Shown in pieces: positions 38,374-51,759 of a stretch of 64,000 nucleotides of DNA. The DNA lies in NCBI RefSeq assembly GCF_038025025.1, contig NW_027117338.1, positions 1,798,001 through 1,862,000 on the forward strand, in the 5' to 3' direction. Under the pieces are notes generated by a model. It was not told the origin of the DNA. It searched no databases and saw nothing but the letters and a program-made list of their open reading frames with translations. Origin of the DNA: Phyllosticta citribraziliensis (taxonomy: Eukaryota). The position numbers were made by a program, and so were the translations under genes. Position 1 is the stretch's first letter, and each line of letters opens with the position of its first letter.

Positions 38374-40987
38374 GACGGTCGAGGAGTGGCGATGGGTCGG
38401 GAGCGGTGGGCGGGCGAGGAGGAGGAGGGCTCTCGTCTCTCGTCGACAGGTCGCAAGGGCAGCAGGGTCTGTGTGCGAAATGTCGGACTGTGTGTAGGGG
38501 AGGATTAGAGATTAGCTGGACAATGCCAAGCTTGCGAATTTGGCACGAGGCGAGGCGGTGACGGAGACGGAGATGGGTATGTACAGGCGAAGCGGCGGTG
38601 GTGGTGGTGGTGTTGGGACGGGGCGTGCGGTGCTTGAGCGGATGGGATGGGATGGGATGGGATGGGACGATGGGGGTGGTGGGCGGTTGAAAGGTGGGTG
38701 CACGCAAAAAGATTTCGTGGGAGTCGCGCGGAGATGATTGGGCTGCGCACACACACCTTGCCGAGGAATGCTCTCTGACTTTTTTTTGTATTTTATTTTT
38801 TATTTTGCCGCGATCCGCAGGGCAGGGCAGACTGGAGACGGCGACGTGAGAGCGGCGCAGGGCAGGGCGGACAGAGGGCAAAGGAGCGACCGAGGGTAGA
38901 GGGTGCAAAGAGTCTCGAGGGTCTTTTCCTTGGGTGTCGGAGTCGAGTCGAGGTGGGATGGTTGATTACAGTAGCAGGTGTTGAGGGAATGGTAAATTAA
39001 TGCCCGTGATGGGTCCGCCGACGCTAGGCCACTCTCATTTCCGGCCCATGGCCACCTGCAGAGACACAACGGTGCCTGCGAAGACGCTGACCGGCTACAG
39101 TCCCTACATCTACACCTACTGCGCTCTCCACCGCCCGCCATCGATGCTCAGCCATCATCGAAGAGAAAGGAAAGAGAAAAAAAAAAATAAAAAAAGAAAA
39201 AGTCTGCCTGGCCGCGCGCACATGTATGACGTTTCGTCCAGTCCGGCTTACGCTGGGCCAAGCGACCTGCCTATCCGGTATATACTCCATGCGCCATATT
39301 GGGCGACGCTGCTGCTACGGCGACTGCGACTGCTGCTTCATTGTCTGGTGCTGACAGTTTTCGACACAGACTCACGACTCCTCTCCCCCTCCCTCTTTCT
39401 CCATCATCTCTCTCCCTCTATTTCTCTCTCTCTCTCCCCCCACATCCATGCACCCCCGCCCCCAAAACCCTCCCAACAGCCACCCGCGCCATCCGGGATA
39501 GCTGCTGCTTCTCACTCGCCGCGCCACACCTGCATGCCAAGTGCCCAAGCTCCCTCCATGTCCCGTCCTGCCTGTGCCTCTTTCGTCAGCAGACTGCCAA
39601 AAGTCCGTCAGTCACATGGCGCTACCATCACTCGCCCGCTCAAGTCCGCCCTTCGCCTTTGCCGCCCAAGACCGCCTCCGGACGCGGAGGAAATTATCAA
39701 TCCTCAAATAAGCATCTTGGCCGTTGACGACGACCTCTGATTCATCCGTCACAGGATGATCCATCTCGCTCGCGCCAAGCTCCATTATACTCGTTACGGC
39801 CTGGGTGCGAAAATCCTCAGGCAGAAGTACCGCCAGTTTCAGACCGCAACATTAAGGTTGTTTGAGCTGGGGCCCGCGCCTGCCGTCGCCCGTTGTTATG
39901 CTTAACCCGCTAGGTCGTCCTTTTGTCGCCTGCTGCCCTACCTTGCCTGCTCTTTTCTGTCCTGCCCGACCAATAACTGTCGTTGGTTCTCATGGTGCGA
40001 CCCAACGTTCAGCTATTTTCTCTTGCTAGCCTCCGTCTTTTCCCAGGCTTTTTCAACTAATTCGTTTGCAATAGATGACCGTGCACCCGCAGGTCTGCTG
40101 CAGCTACCCGTTGGCTGCGGGAGACGTCAGTCACATCCAACACCCCCCCATCCACGTGCTTTGCTCGTCAGTACATGTAGCCACCCACCATCGACCCTTA
40201 GCCCCTTTTGCATCACCGGACGAGCGCCAATCTTCTCACGTGCTGTCCGTCTGGCAGCAGGACGCGCCCTTTTTTCCCTCCGCATGCCACCGTGCGCGTA
40301 CCTAGGACCCTGGATATTGGGGCGACAACACTTTGTCACTAGCAGCTCATGTAAACCACTCGCAAGCGTGCATCACCGCCGTGAAACGACCATGGACAGC
40401 TTCCTCGTGCTTCTTTGGCGCGGCTGCCGTTGTACACATCCGGTATCAAGTTTTGTCAATGAGCGTCCAGGCTTCCGCTCAGAGTTGCCAGCCCTAAGCG
40501 TCATTTCTGTGCAGTCAATAGTCATCTGAGGGCCAGAGCCGAGTTCAAGTATTGAATCATTAAATAGCTGACGGTCCTGTCTGTCCAGCTGGTCTGCTCA
40601 GTACGAGGAGGACCGTTGACCCTTTTTTCCAAGGTCAGTTGCCGTGGCTGCGGACCTGACCACCGGTCGTTTTGACTGGCTCACCTTTGTACCTGACGCT
40701 ACGACGCCCCAGTGGCTGAGGTTGGTCGACGGCGATGCCACCACGAAGCTGACATGTTTGGCGTACAGCTCCCCCCCCCCCATCTTGATAACCGCGCGCC
40801 TTGGGTCTTCATCACCCGGGCGCCAAACTCCGAAACCGTATGTGGAGGCCCTGGTCGTTGATTTACTGCGCCGCATGTCGCGCCTAGTCGAACATATATC
40901 AAGGAGACAAAAACAAAGTACAAAATCAAGTCTTTCATATATTCGACGGTTCAAATCGACGGAAAAAGTCTTGTTGCACCCAAAGTC

Positions 40988-42568
40988 ATGACTGCTCAGG
41001 CTCAATCAGCATGCTCTGTACCCCTGGCTACAACACCCCCTGACCGTCCCAACCCACCGGTACCACCCCTCCTCCGCCTCCCTCTCGAACTCCATCACCT
41101 CGTCGCCGCACAACTGTCTCTGCCGGGCCACCTCGCGCTCCGTCTGACGCACCCCTACTTGTACAATGCGCTCGCCGCGCCATTCCCCGCGCCATCACTC
41201 AGGAACCTCGACTCGTGCGCTCGACTAGCAGTGCGGACATATCTGTCACCGTACTTTGCCGGCTGCACCGGCGAATCGAAGCGGACGTCACTGGCTGACG
41301 AGAGGAGCCAAACGACAAAGGTTGCAACCAGGGCACCGGCACGAGAAAAAGCTAGACTGCGATCCAAAACCACATCGACACACTGCCTCCTCTGCGCCGC
41401 ACCCTACGCCCCACGCCTCTTCAAGAGCACGTCCAGTCCAGCCGTCGACGCAGCGGACCACGGCATTCCGATCACGTCGTCTCCACTCCTCTCGTCCGTA
41501 GCCGCCAGAACGTCATCTTTCTCCTCGCTACCGGTACCCCTGGCCGACAGCAGCAATGTGCCGCCAGCCGTCGAGCCAGGCCGACAAAAGCTTCCACGCT
41601 CGCATCCGGACTGGGACGTGCTGGCGCTGCCCGACGGCGTCTGCGCGTGGCATGTGAGCCGGTTTGCGCGCGTCGTCCGCGAGTGGCCGGCCGGCCTGCC
41701 GCGGCCTCCCTCTGCATCAGACGACAGTGCCGGTCACAGTTCGGATGCCAGCAGCGCCGAGGGACACCAAAGCGACGCAGAGCAGCAGCAGCAGCAGCAG
41801 CAGCAGTGGAGCTGGCTCGCCGTCACCTCGACCCTGTGTCCGCACTGCGGCGCCGTCGCCGCTTTTCGCACCTGCGCCTGCTGCACCCCTTCATCCATCA
41901 CGTCCACTTCGACGTGGAGTTGCGGTGCGCCGCGCAGGGGCATCTCCTCGTCTCCTCCTCACGCCGCCGCCGCCGCCGATACTCCCACTCGCACGCACGT
42001 CATTGGCTGCGAGGCGTCGGCGACGAGTGCGCCACGGCGACGCAGCGGCGCCGGTGACGAAAACGCCGCCACCACCACCACCACCACCACTTCTTCAAGC
42101 ACGGGCACCACCAATATCGCGGGAACCGTGGCGTCGTCTGCCGCCGCCACTCCCGTCACGTCTGGCGGCAGCGACGACAGCGGCAGACACTGCCAGACGT
42201 GCGCCCTGCGCCCCGTCACCGTGTACGTGCGCCACCTGCCCACGACCACCAACGACAGCACGGCACGGACGCGGCAGAATCAAGCGTGGAATATCTCCTC
42301 GTACCGCTTCTGGCGCGACGCCCACGACAGGCTGTGGGTGCGGGAGGAGGGCTTCTCTTCGCCTCCTACTGAGACGACAGGTCTTGACGACGGCGACGTC
42401 GTCGTCGGGAGGTGGACTTGGGGCGCGAGAAGCATGTGGGCGTGGGCTTGGGGCCGCGAGGCGGGATGGGGGAGGCACGGCGAACGGGGCATAGCGGGGA
42501 TGAGGCGAGAGAGGAGAGGAGAGGTCAAAGTGGTTGATGTTCCGGTTCGGTGGGTTGCGGGCTCGTAG
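40988..42568 (+). CDS. F-box-like domain protein with dispersed Cys/His motifs, 526 aa, single exon
   Basis: N-terminal PLLRLPLELHHLVAAQLSLPGHLALRLTHPYLY fits the F-box pattern. Long open frame with CLLC, CAWH, CPHC, CACC and CQTC motifs. Confidence 0.65.
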   Translation: MTAQAQSACSVPLATTPPDRPNPPVPPLLRLPLELHHLVAAQLSLPGHLALRLTHPYLYNALAAPFPAPSLRNLDSCARLAVRTYLSPYFAGCTGESKRTSLADERSQTTKVATRAPAREKARLRSKTTSTHCLLCAAPYAPRLFKSTSSPAVDAADHGIPITSSPLLSSVAARTSSFSSLPVPLADSSNVPPAVEPGRQKLPRSHPDWDVLALPDGVCAWHVSRFARVVREWPAGLPRPPSASDDSAGHSSDASSAEGHQSDAEQQQQQQQQWSWLAVTSTLCPHCGAVAAFRTCACCTPSSITSTSTWSCGAPRRGISSSPPHAAAAADTPTRTHVIGCEASATSAPRRRSGAGDENAATTTTTTTSSSTGTTNIAGTVASSAAATPVTSGGSDDSGRHCQTCALRPVTVYVRHLPTTTNDSTARTRQNQAWNISSYRFWRDAHDRLWVREEGFSSPPTETTGLDDGDVVVGRWTWGARSMWAWAWGREAGWGRHGERGIAGMRRERRGEVKVVDVPVRWVAGS

Positions 42569-45362
42569 GTGCTCAGGGAGGGGGGAGGGGGGGGGGGAAG
42601 GGACAGGGGCAGAGGCGAGCAGATGATGGAAGAGCGAACGAGCGGTCCGACTAGTCTAGTCCATGAGCTTTCTCTCATCGTCGAAGGGTGATGTGAGGTG
42701 ACGAAGACTGACTGAGGTGGATGCTGGACCAATTTTGGATCCGCTCAATGGGCCGAAGTTGGTGTAGAATCATGGCATAGAGTTGAAGAACAGGTACTTT
42801 AATTGCAATAAAGCAGACTGACAACCATGGAAGCGAATAAGTCCTGTGGAAAAGGGAGTCCATTGACACAAGATCTTTATGATTGATTTCCTGTCCTGAT
42901 GCCCACTAGCGTTCTCGAACAAAGACTTACTTTTTTGCTTGTTTGATGTCCATCTCTTCAGTGCCCCCCCCACGGAAGAGGGGCGCAGTCTCGCCCACGA
43001 CCAAACGAGTGGGTTAACGTGGAAACACTGCCCGCACGCTTCAGGTGAAACACATCCGTCCCTTCTCTCCCCATCCAAAGCCTTCTCACCGCAAAACCAC
43101 CTTCTGTCCACGTATCGAATCGCCCTGCACCATCTTCCCTGCTCTTGAACCGTTACATTACACCTGCCCGCCCGTTCTATTTTTGTCGACAAACGCCATC
43201 AATTTTACCCACGAGATTGGAGACATGGGGGGCGGACGATAAGGTTCACTAGGTCCCGCGCGCGCAGCAGGCAAGCATGCAGCCAGATACCTGGTGGCCG
43301 CTTGGTGGATGTCTCCGCTTGCTTGCGCGCGGCTCTCGTGGTCTACCAGGGACAGGAAGAACCGGGGGAGGATGACAAGGCATGGTTCCTCCATAGAGAT
43401 GGAAGACTGAACGAAGATGAAGACGAAATGAAAGAAAAAAGGCAAAAATTAAAAGGGAAAAGAGCTAGCAAACCTACACTTCGCGGCAAAGCCAGTCCCA
43501 TGCCGCAGACGACAAGCGGTACATCGAAAGTGTACATACGGTGAACAAGTAGCACATGTCGCCGAATCGACGCGGCACACCACCAGAGTATCGAATCGAA
43601 TCAGAGCTGGAGAATAGCGCCATACGCTACGCTACCATATCGTCGCACGCACGTGTCGGCACATGCAGCGGCACGGCAGTCTTCATGGGGTTGATCAGGG
43701 AGGTTGGGATTATTGAGGAGGTGAGGCGAAAGAGGCGGTTCAGATCCAGTTCCTGGGATTGCGACAGAGCCAATTTGGGAAGAGCGCTGATTTGCAAGGC
43801 GGTCGGGATGTTCCTGGTCATTTTTGTCTTTTGGCAGATTGAGTCTATTGCGTCGTGCATTTCATTCTGGGCGATGCGGCTGCTGTAAAATCGACAATGT
43901 TGTCGGATTGGGGTCGCAATGGCGACGAGGCTGGCGTGGATGTCGATAGACAGCCTGGGTAAAGTAAGCAAGGAGCTGTTTGGTAAGCAGACGCAGATGA
44001 TGGATTAGTCAAGGGGAAGAAAAAAAGAGGGGTGCGTCGGGTTCGCAGCAGGTGGAGTGCTAATGGTGTTCGCATGGTCGCATCCTATATTTCGTGCATG
44101 GGCGCAGCCGATGCAGGATGCGGGGTGCGGTGAGCGGATTGCGAGGATGAGGCGATGCTGCAAGGTTTCGAGTTTCGACACATTCGAGTGGAAACAAAGG
44201 CAAGTCACGGCGAGCGACGGTGCCACGGTCGACGCGCTCTGGTGCTCCATCAGATGTTTCAGCACGAATGCTGCGGAGCTCGCGGTAGAGCGACGAGGGG
44301 GAGCGGAGGGCTATGTGCGCGTGACTGCAGGGCTGGTGGTGGTGTTGACGATGATGGATGATGATGACGATGCTCAGGTGCCGACGACGGGCGCAACCGC
44401 GTCGATTGCCAGTGCCAACTAGCAACGCCCTGTCAGATCAGCGTCTGACGTGAAAATCTGGAAACGGACCGGTCACGGCAAGGCGGCCTGGAAGAAGTCT
44501 TCTCTTTTCTGCTTCTTCAGCCCACGGTATTCCGAGTTTCCGACGCCCGGGAGCGAAGCACGCGGGACGACGCGCCGGACGGAGTTAGGCACTAATGCCT
44601 CATGGCGTTTTCTTTCCGGTCCTCGATCCATCACATCAGCCTTTGCAGACGGCCGTCAAGGGCAAGCTGATGGTTCAATTGGCGTTTGCTGACAAGGGCA
44701 GCGTCGACGTCTCTGGGTCGCCAGTAGGCCAGCCACCGAGTGTCGACAGGAATGCCGAAAAAGCTCAGGCTGACCAAGCCAGCCATGGAGCCGAGTTCGG
44801 GACGTGCGCATCGCGTCGCATCGGAGTGAGGAGCATGATCTCATGGCTGCAAACGAGGCGCCCTTGAAGACAATGGCTGGCGACTGGAGCGACGTGTGCC
44901 AGCTGGGTGGAAGGGGCTGCATCATAAGCTTTGCCGCCATCAATAAGACGACCCAGCCAAGCCAAAAGGTACTGTGGTAAGTAAATGTAGATGGATCGAG
45001 TGACTTGACTGATGGCGGCGGCGGCGGGAGTGCCGGGTCGCGTCGTGTCTGTGCTCCAGGGCAGGCAGGAATGCACAGCTGCAAGATCAAGACCAGAGCT
45101 CCCTCCACCGGCAGTAGTGGAGGGCAGCCGCGCTACCAACTCACTCACTACTACTTACATGCCTCACTCCTCCTCTTCTCTCTCTCCTCCTCTCGCTCTC
45201 TCTCGAAACCCATCTTCAACTCTCTCCCCCTCCAATCTCAATCCAATCGCTCGCTCAACAGGGGAGCGGTCCGCCACCCGCTGCGGCTCGCAACACAGCC
45301 AACAAGCTTAATTCCGCTTCCAGCACCCACCTACCCTGTCGCTTTGTCTGCCGTCCACCAAC

Positions 45363-46351
45363 ATGCCTGTCGACAACAATGCTGGCGAACGGTACGTCCA
45401 TGTTTGTTTTCTATTCTCAGTCTGCCTGCTAGACGACATAAAACCAAACGTTTCTCTTCGCTTTTCCTCTCCACGACCAATCTCGCTGACCATGACCCCT
45501 GCTCGTTGCGGCTGCAGCCACCTCACCATCGCCTTCAGCTCTTTCATGCTGTTCTTCAACGCAACATTGCTAGCCTGCGTCGCATATTTTTCGAGCCAGC
45601 TTCCCTTTGGCATCTCTGGCTCCTTCATTGCCTACTTCTCCGTCGCCAGCGCCCTGTGCCTGCTTGGCCTGGTTGGCAGCGTCAAGGTGCGTTCGTGCGT
45701 CATCATGGCTGGATTTCCTCAGGTCCCAGCGTCACGTCCTTGCTTCGATCCCCTGCCTCACCCCTTCCTGATGAAACGCCGTCACAGCACGCGTGCGCCA
45801 ACGAAACGTAAAAATTGCAAAAATTCACACATTCTCCTTGGACGACGTTGCACCATCACTGTAGCACCCTTCTAACTGCCGCACAGCGCTTCGAGCCCTT
45901 TGTGTCGATTTTCGCCAATCACGTCCTTCTCGACGCCATCCTCCTGACCATTCCGCGCATCGCCTTCCTCGCCTTTCTCTCCACCCTTCCAACTAGCATC
46001 TGCAGCGCCTCCGACTTTCCCAACTTTTTCCTCCCGCCCACGTCACCTACCCTACCTGGCACAGACACGACCCGCATCCATGCCTACGCAGGCTCGTATG
46101 GCGGCGCTGCCACGTCCAACGGCCACTTTTGGAGCAAAAACCGCGACCAATGTTTTGTCGTGGTCAACACGCTTATGGGCGTCGCGGCGTGCTTGGCTGT
46201 CATGACCGGCGTGGCACAATGGTGCGTTGCGCTGCGGGTGAGGAAGTTTGCACAGGCGCTGCGGAGGCAGTGTCTCGTGGAGCAGGCCGTGGAAGGCGAC
46301 CAAGTTGTGGTTGTGACTGTGGATGAAAAAAGGGGCCTGGAAAAGGTGTGA
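45363..46351 (+). CDS. Small four-TM (tetraspanin-like) membrane protein, about 220 aa. Exons 45363-45391, 45518-45686 and 45887-46351
   Basis: Phase-compatible introns GTACGT..GCTGAC..CAG and GTGCGT..CTAAC..CAG. Three N-terminal hydrophobic helices, a Cys-bounded loop (ICS...DQC) and a fourth helix. Confidence 0.65.
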
Positions 46352-47841
46352 AGCACCAAAAGCTATGGCACCCACAAGACACAAGCAAGGAGCGCAACGT
46401 CGCGCTGTCCAGTCGCGGCGCCGACAGCCCCGAAAATGCTATCGCCTGCATCGTTTGAGCCAACGCATATCCAACGCGCCTGGAACGCACAAAGACGAGA
46501 CGAGACGAGATGCGAATTATACCCCTACCGGCACGGCTCCAGGTATCTTTTTTCCCTTTGGTATTTCTTCTTCTTATCATGACCTGGTGGTGCTACGGAT
46601 ACGACCAACACATGACAAAGCATGACACGGTTTGGATTTTGGATTTTGGGTTTCTGTTTGGTTTGGCAAGAGAAGCATCTTGTATTACCACATGCTGAAC
46701 TGCCCATGGGACGGTGGAGGAATTGCACGGACGCAAGCACGGATTTGGAGTTTTAGAGAACGACACAACGATGGAATGGCATGGGTTCGGTTTAGCGGCA
46801 GGGACCTGAGGCTGTGCGTGGGACAATAGTGAAGCATGTGAAGTCGAGGGGTGGAGTGCGACGACGGCCTTGGATACTCCCGCCTGCGCGCGGGAGATCA
46901 GCGATGTGGAATAGCGACAAGGGGTAGCAAATGACTTCATGCGAAGAAACGAAAATGAGCACTGGCTGTACCTGTGACATCAGAGGTAGTCGAAGAGCAC
47001 CCGGCATCATCGCACTCAGTCCAACTCCACAGCGCGATTTGGATCACAACATCGCAACCCCAGATCTACGCCACCGTCCGCGCTAGCCAAATAGTCGACC
47101 CACCCCACCCACCACCCCCTGGAATTCTACTCGTCGATCGCTACCCCTCGCCTCGCTTAGCTGGCCCCCCTGGCCGCCGTGTACTGACGTCTACCCATTT
47201 ATCGTCCCCCTTCCCTCCGTCCTCTCAAACACTTCAACTCGCCTCTCCTGCACACGCTTCAGTGACCGGAATCGTTGCTGAACCGACCGCGCTTTATGAG
47301 CAGACAAATGAACGACAGCATTTGAGAAGCGAGCGCACATTTTTCAGAGGTGGTTTGGTTTTCGTCTTTTAGCTCCAACTATTTCAACTATTGACGAGTA
47401 GAAGTGGGATGGATGGCAGAGATTCTTGCTTTTACGCTGGCTTGATGTAAACGCCCGTCTTTCTGCTGTGGTCGGTTGGTAAAGTCAAAAGTCAACGACC
47501 AAGTCAAATCACCTTCTTGATTCTCTTTCTTCATTTTTCATGTTCTTTTCTTCAGCTTCTGCTTGTCTGCAACGCTTTTTGGTTGCTCGCCGAAAAGCCA
47601 ATCAAGGTGTGCGAATGGTGTCCAACACCCAGGTGCCCACCACACTTACTGACAGCGCTTATGCATCATGAAAATCGGTCTCAACCCGTACTCGCATCCG
47701 CTCGTGCGTACCGCGTCGCCCGCTCGCTCGCTTTAAACGCCGTATTCGTTCGTGCAACTCCCCTCTCGCGCCAACTTTTTCCTCCCCGTCTGTTTACTTG
47801 CCTCGCTCACCGCGCCGTCCGTCGTCGAAAAGAACTTTTTC

Positions 47842-49341
47842 TTAGCCGGCGTAGTAGCGCACCACGTCGTCGCCGTACCAGCGTCTGCCGACGTCCTCGT
47901 GGCTGCGGATCCACTTGCGCAGCTGCGACTCGCCGAGGGCGTCCCAGCGCGCGTCGAGGAAGCTGGACACCGTGTCGGCCGGTTTTGGTCTTGTGGTCGC
48001 GTCCGTCTTTCCTGAACTCTTTGCTGCGTCCTTTTGATTGTCTTGGCAGTCGTGGTTGGAGTGGCTGTCTTGCTGTCGACGCAGGGTTCGCACGGATAGC
48101 GGCATGTAGGAGCGAATCTCCGACACGGTCATGTCCAAGGGGAGGCCTTGGAAGAAGGGGATGCTGTAGCGCGCGGGTGAGGAGGGTGGGGGTGCCTGCT
48201 CATGTCAGGGTATTATTTTGCAGCAAGAGGGGTTGCGGCACGGTATCGGTCGTGACATGAGCATCGTGCAGATGGACTAAGAATACAAAGGTGGTAGACT
48301 TGGACATTAAAGAGAAGCGGTGGGGCATGAGATACGGGTGGCCGACACGTGATAGGTATCAAGCTGAGCTACAGGTGGGTGGTAAGGCAGGCAAGATGAA
48401 CAATAGCACGAACTCACCGTTACTCTGTGCACTGTGGCCTTGACTGCCCCCTCAGTCGCGGCTTCAAAAGCATTTCCAAAGTTGACGACGAACGTATCAT
48501 CAATTGGCGGAGCGGATATCCAAGTCTCGCCATCGGCGGCCAGCACCTCAAGGCCCGCTTCCCGGCCAATCTGCAAGAGGAAGGTGAGCCAGCCGCTCGA
48601 GTCCTTGTGCGGGCCAACCCCTTGACCGCAATTCGTGCTGTTGGGTGGGTACTTGAGAAGCTTGATGCGGTGCTGGGGGGGCAGGTACGTCAGCCTGGTG
48701 GTGGTCGGCTTGTCCGAAACGAGGCGCGGGTCGTCCGAAATGGACCTGTTGTCGGAGCGAAAGAATTGATCAAACGTGCCCACTGGAATTCCAAAGGCCT
48801 CCTCGACCAGGTGCACGAAGCGGTACGAAAGGGCCTGCAGCGCGTCGTGGTAGGTCTCGAGGGCCTGCCGGAAGCCGGGCAGTAGGGCCTCGGGCGGCCA
48901 TTGATTGGGTCCGCGCAGTCGCCAGTACAGCTGGGAAAAGTCGCGCGAGGAGCCCGCGTTGCTGTTGGACGAGGCGGCGCTGTTTCTTCTGCCTTCAGCC
49001 GGCTTGTACACGACGGGCAGCTCGGTTGCAAAGTCGAATTGCTCGCGGAGGTCCTTTTGGCCCAGAGTCGTCTCTTCGGCGAAGCCACTGTAGCCGAGGA
49101 AGTGCGGCGAGTTGAGCTTGGACAAGTCGGCCTTGATGTCAGTGGGCAGGTCGAACAAGGCCGGCAGGCGGCTGGTCAAGTGGGATATGGTAGAGCTGGC
49201 AACGCCGTGGCTCTTGATGTATAAAAAGCCCACGTCGAACAAGGCCTCGCGCAGCTGGCCGAGCAGAGCGGGGCGCTGGGCCGGGTCGTCTGCCAGAGCC
49301 AAGTCGAGGATTGGGAGATGCGCCGGGACAGATGAACCCAT
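47842..49341 (-). CDS. 2-oxoglutarate/Fe(II) dioxygenase (IPNS/DIOX family), about 425 aa. Exons 49341-48418 and 48195-47842
   Basis: LPILDLA, VGFLYIKSHGV, GPNQWP, the facial triad HKD...H (GPHKDSSG, VHRV) and the RYS 2OG-binding motif after a 222-nt intron. Confidence 0.9.
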
Positions 49342-49986
49342 TGTGAGATGACGAAGCTAGAGCAGTTGACGTTGAGGTGTGGCTGGCCCCCTATATGGTG
49401 GTAGTCAAGGAAAAGGAACTGGAAAGCAGCCATCCATGGCTATGACGTGCTTTGACAAAGACTGGGCTCTGCTAGCACTGAGTGGTCTTGATGATACAGC
49501 GGAGGGACAGGTCAGGTCGTTCCGTCCGCCTCGCCTCGTCCCCAACAAAACCAAGTCGGTCACATCGCGACTGAGACGCCAAGCGGGAGTGACTCTTGTA
49601 TCTGAGCTGCTGACTCTCATTCGGTCCTCACAGGGATCATGTCTGTCAGGCCGTCAGGACGTCATGGCTGGGTCATGTGAGCCTGCCCGTCACGTCACGT
49701 GTGATAAGGTACCACCCGGACTATCACGACCCCGGTCACCGCCCAGACTCCACAGCTCCTTGACCACCACCCACGACCATCACTCGTTCCCTCTCTCTCT
49801 CGACCTCGCCCACTCTCTCTGACTCGCCCACATCCTTCGCGACATTCTGCCTCACGTCCCACAAGTCGACGCCACCGAAATCATCGTCTGTTGCGATTCT
49901 CAAGTCTTGCGCTCGAGCGCTGCAACACCAACCAACGCACCTCCGCATCAACGGTTGAGCAGTCAGCCCCACATATACGCCCAACC

Positions 49987-51106
49987 ATGCAGTACATCCG
50001 CAGTACCCTCAACACGCTGCGCGACACGTATGCGCCCATCACTCACACGTCGACCTTTCGTGCCACGGGCCAAATCACCCCCGAGGAGTTTGTTGCCGCT
50101 GGCGACTTTCTCGTCTACAAGTTTCCCTCGTGGAGCTGGTCCGACGCAGCACATCCCAGCAAACGCGTCTCCTACCTACCACCCGGCAAGCAATTTCTAG
50201 TCACTCGCGGCGTGCCATGCCACCGACGTCTGGACGACAACTTTGCCGGCGACGGTGGAGATGAGGGCACCGTCGTTGGCGATGGCTTTGCTGGAGGCAG
50301 CGGCGGAGACGACGGCGACGACGGCTGGTTGAGGACCGGAGGCGGTCCCGGAATGGGTGCCAGCCAGGAACGGGCTGCCCGCGACGTTAGGACCGTTGAC
50401 GACAAGGGCGAGCTGAGCGACGCTGCTGAAGAGGAAGAGATTCCAGACATGGAAGACGACGAGGACGACGAAGAGGCAATCATCCGTGACCCAAAGGCTG
50501 GCACCGGAACGACAGCGTGAGTGCTTCGGCAAAGACTGTCCAAAGCTTGTACTGACCCAAGACAGCCCGCTTCGTACATACACGCTCTACATCACCTACA
50601 CGCCTTACTACCGCACCCCGCGCCTCTACCTTAGCGGATATGTCTCCCCAAGCGAACCCCTTCCCCCTCACCTCATGATGGAGGACATTGTCGGAGATTA
50701 CAAAGACAAGACCGTCACGCTTGAGGACTTTCCCTTTTTCGACGCTGGCATCAAGATGGCATCGGTACACCCCTGCAAGCACGCTTCGGTCATGAAGGTA
50801 TTGCTGGACCGCGCAGATGCTGCCCTGAAACTGCGTCTGGCCAAGCTCAAGGCGGGTCAAGATGCCCAAGACCTCGGCAAGGAGTTGGGCATGGAGGGCC
50901 TTACCGAGCAGCTACAGGGCGTCAAGATTGAAAAGAAGGACTCGGACAAGAAGGACGGCGACGAATGGGAGGTGCTCGATCAGGCAAGTGCGCCGTCAGA
51001 GGAAGAAGAGGTGGCCATCCGAGTGGACCAGTACCTGGTCGTGTTCCTCAAATTCATGGCGAGTGTCACACCAGGCATTGAGCACGACTTCACCATGGGC
51101 GTGTGA
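49987..51106 (+). CDS. ATG3: Autophagy E2-like conjugating enzyme Atg3, about 356 aa. Exons 49987-50516 and 50566-51106
   Basis: [45 protein letters not shown], catalytic SVHPCKHA and [24 protein letters not shown]. Confidence 0.96.
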
Positions 51107-51759
51107 GGACGCGGTCTTATTCCGCAACGTTTGCCGTCTTCACGCCATTTCTTTCGATACGATACTTATGAGTCAGCGGGTTGAACGGCGTTCAATGAGT
51201 GGCACGGCCACTAATGTCTCCGAGCGTGATGGATTTGCCACGTTCAGGGTAATGAGAAAGGCGTTCAGCCGGCGAAATGGCATTCGAGCAAGCAGAGGTC
51301 GAGGTAGCGGATAGCACCGGACAGTCAGGGCATTCGAGTAAGCGTTTATGATGATCCCAGAATAGATATGCTTTCAAGTCGACATAGGTCCCGCCAATTC
51401 TTTCTCTTCTTTAAGCCAGTGTTCATTTAGGCCGGGTCCAGCTTCAATACCATCAGTGGAAAGCCTCGACGCCTCGACGCCCTGAGCGCTTCCTTTCAAC
51501 TTCACGCTCTATTGCTCCACCCGATACGCCGTGATCTCAAGCAGACACCAAATCTCATCATTTTCACATCAGAAAGAGAACTCATTCATCGTCGTGTCAT
51601 CATCGTAACGGCGTGACTCATACCAGGGGCGTTTTCCGCCACCACGGGACAAGGATCAAGGCACAAGGGGACAACCTTCTTGTCCTCAACCATTTCGTTC
51701 CACATTTTTGGACTCTCGCTCAGGAGGGCGCTCGCTCCACGGACAGTTATCTCCAACTT

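Noticed and set aside
43158..44425. Short ORFs and a branch/acceptor-like signal (CTAAT..AAACAG, minus strand near 43980-44010)
   Set aside because: I could not assemble a coherent gene model or find a matching donor; left unannotated.
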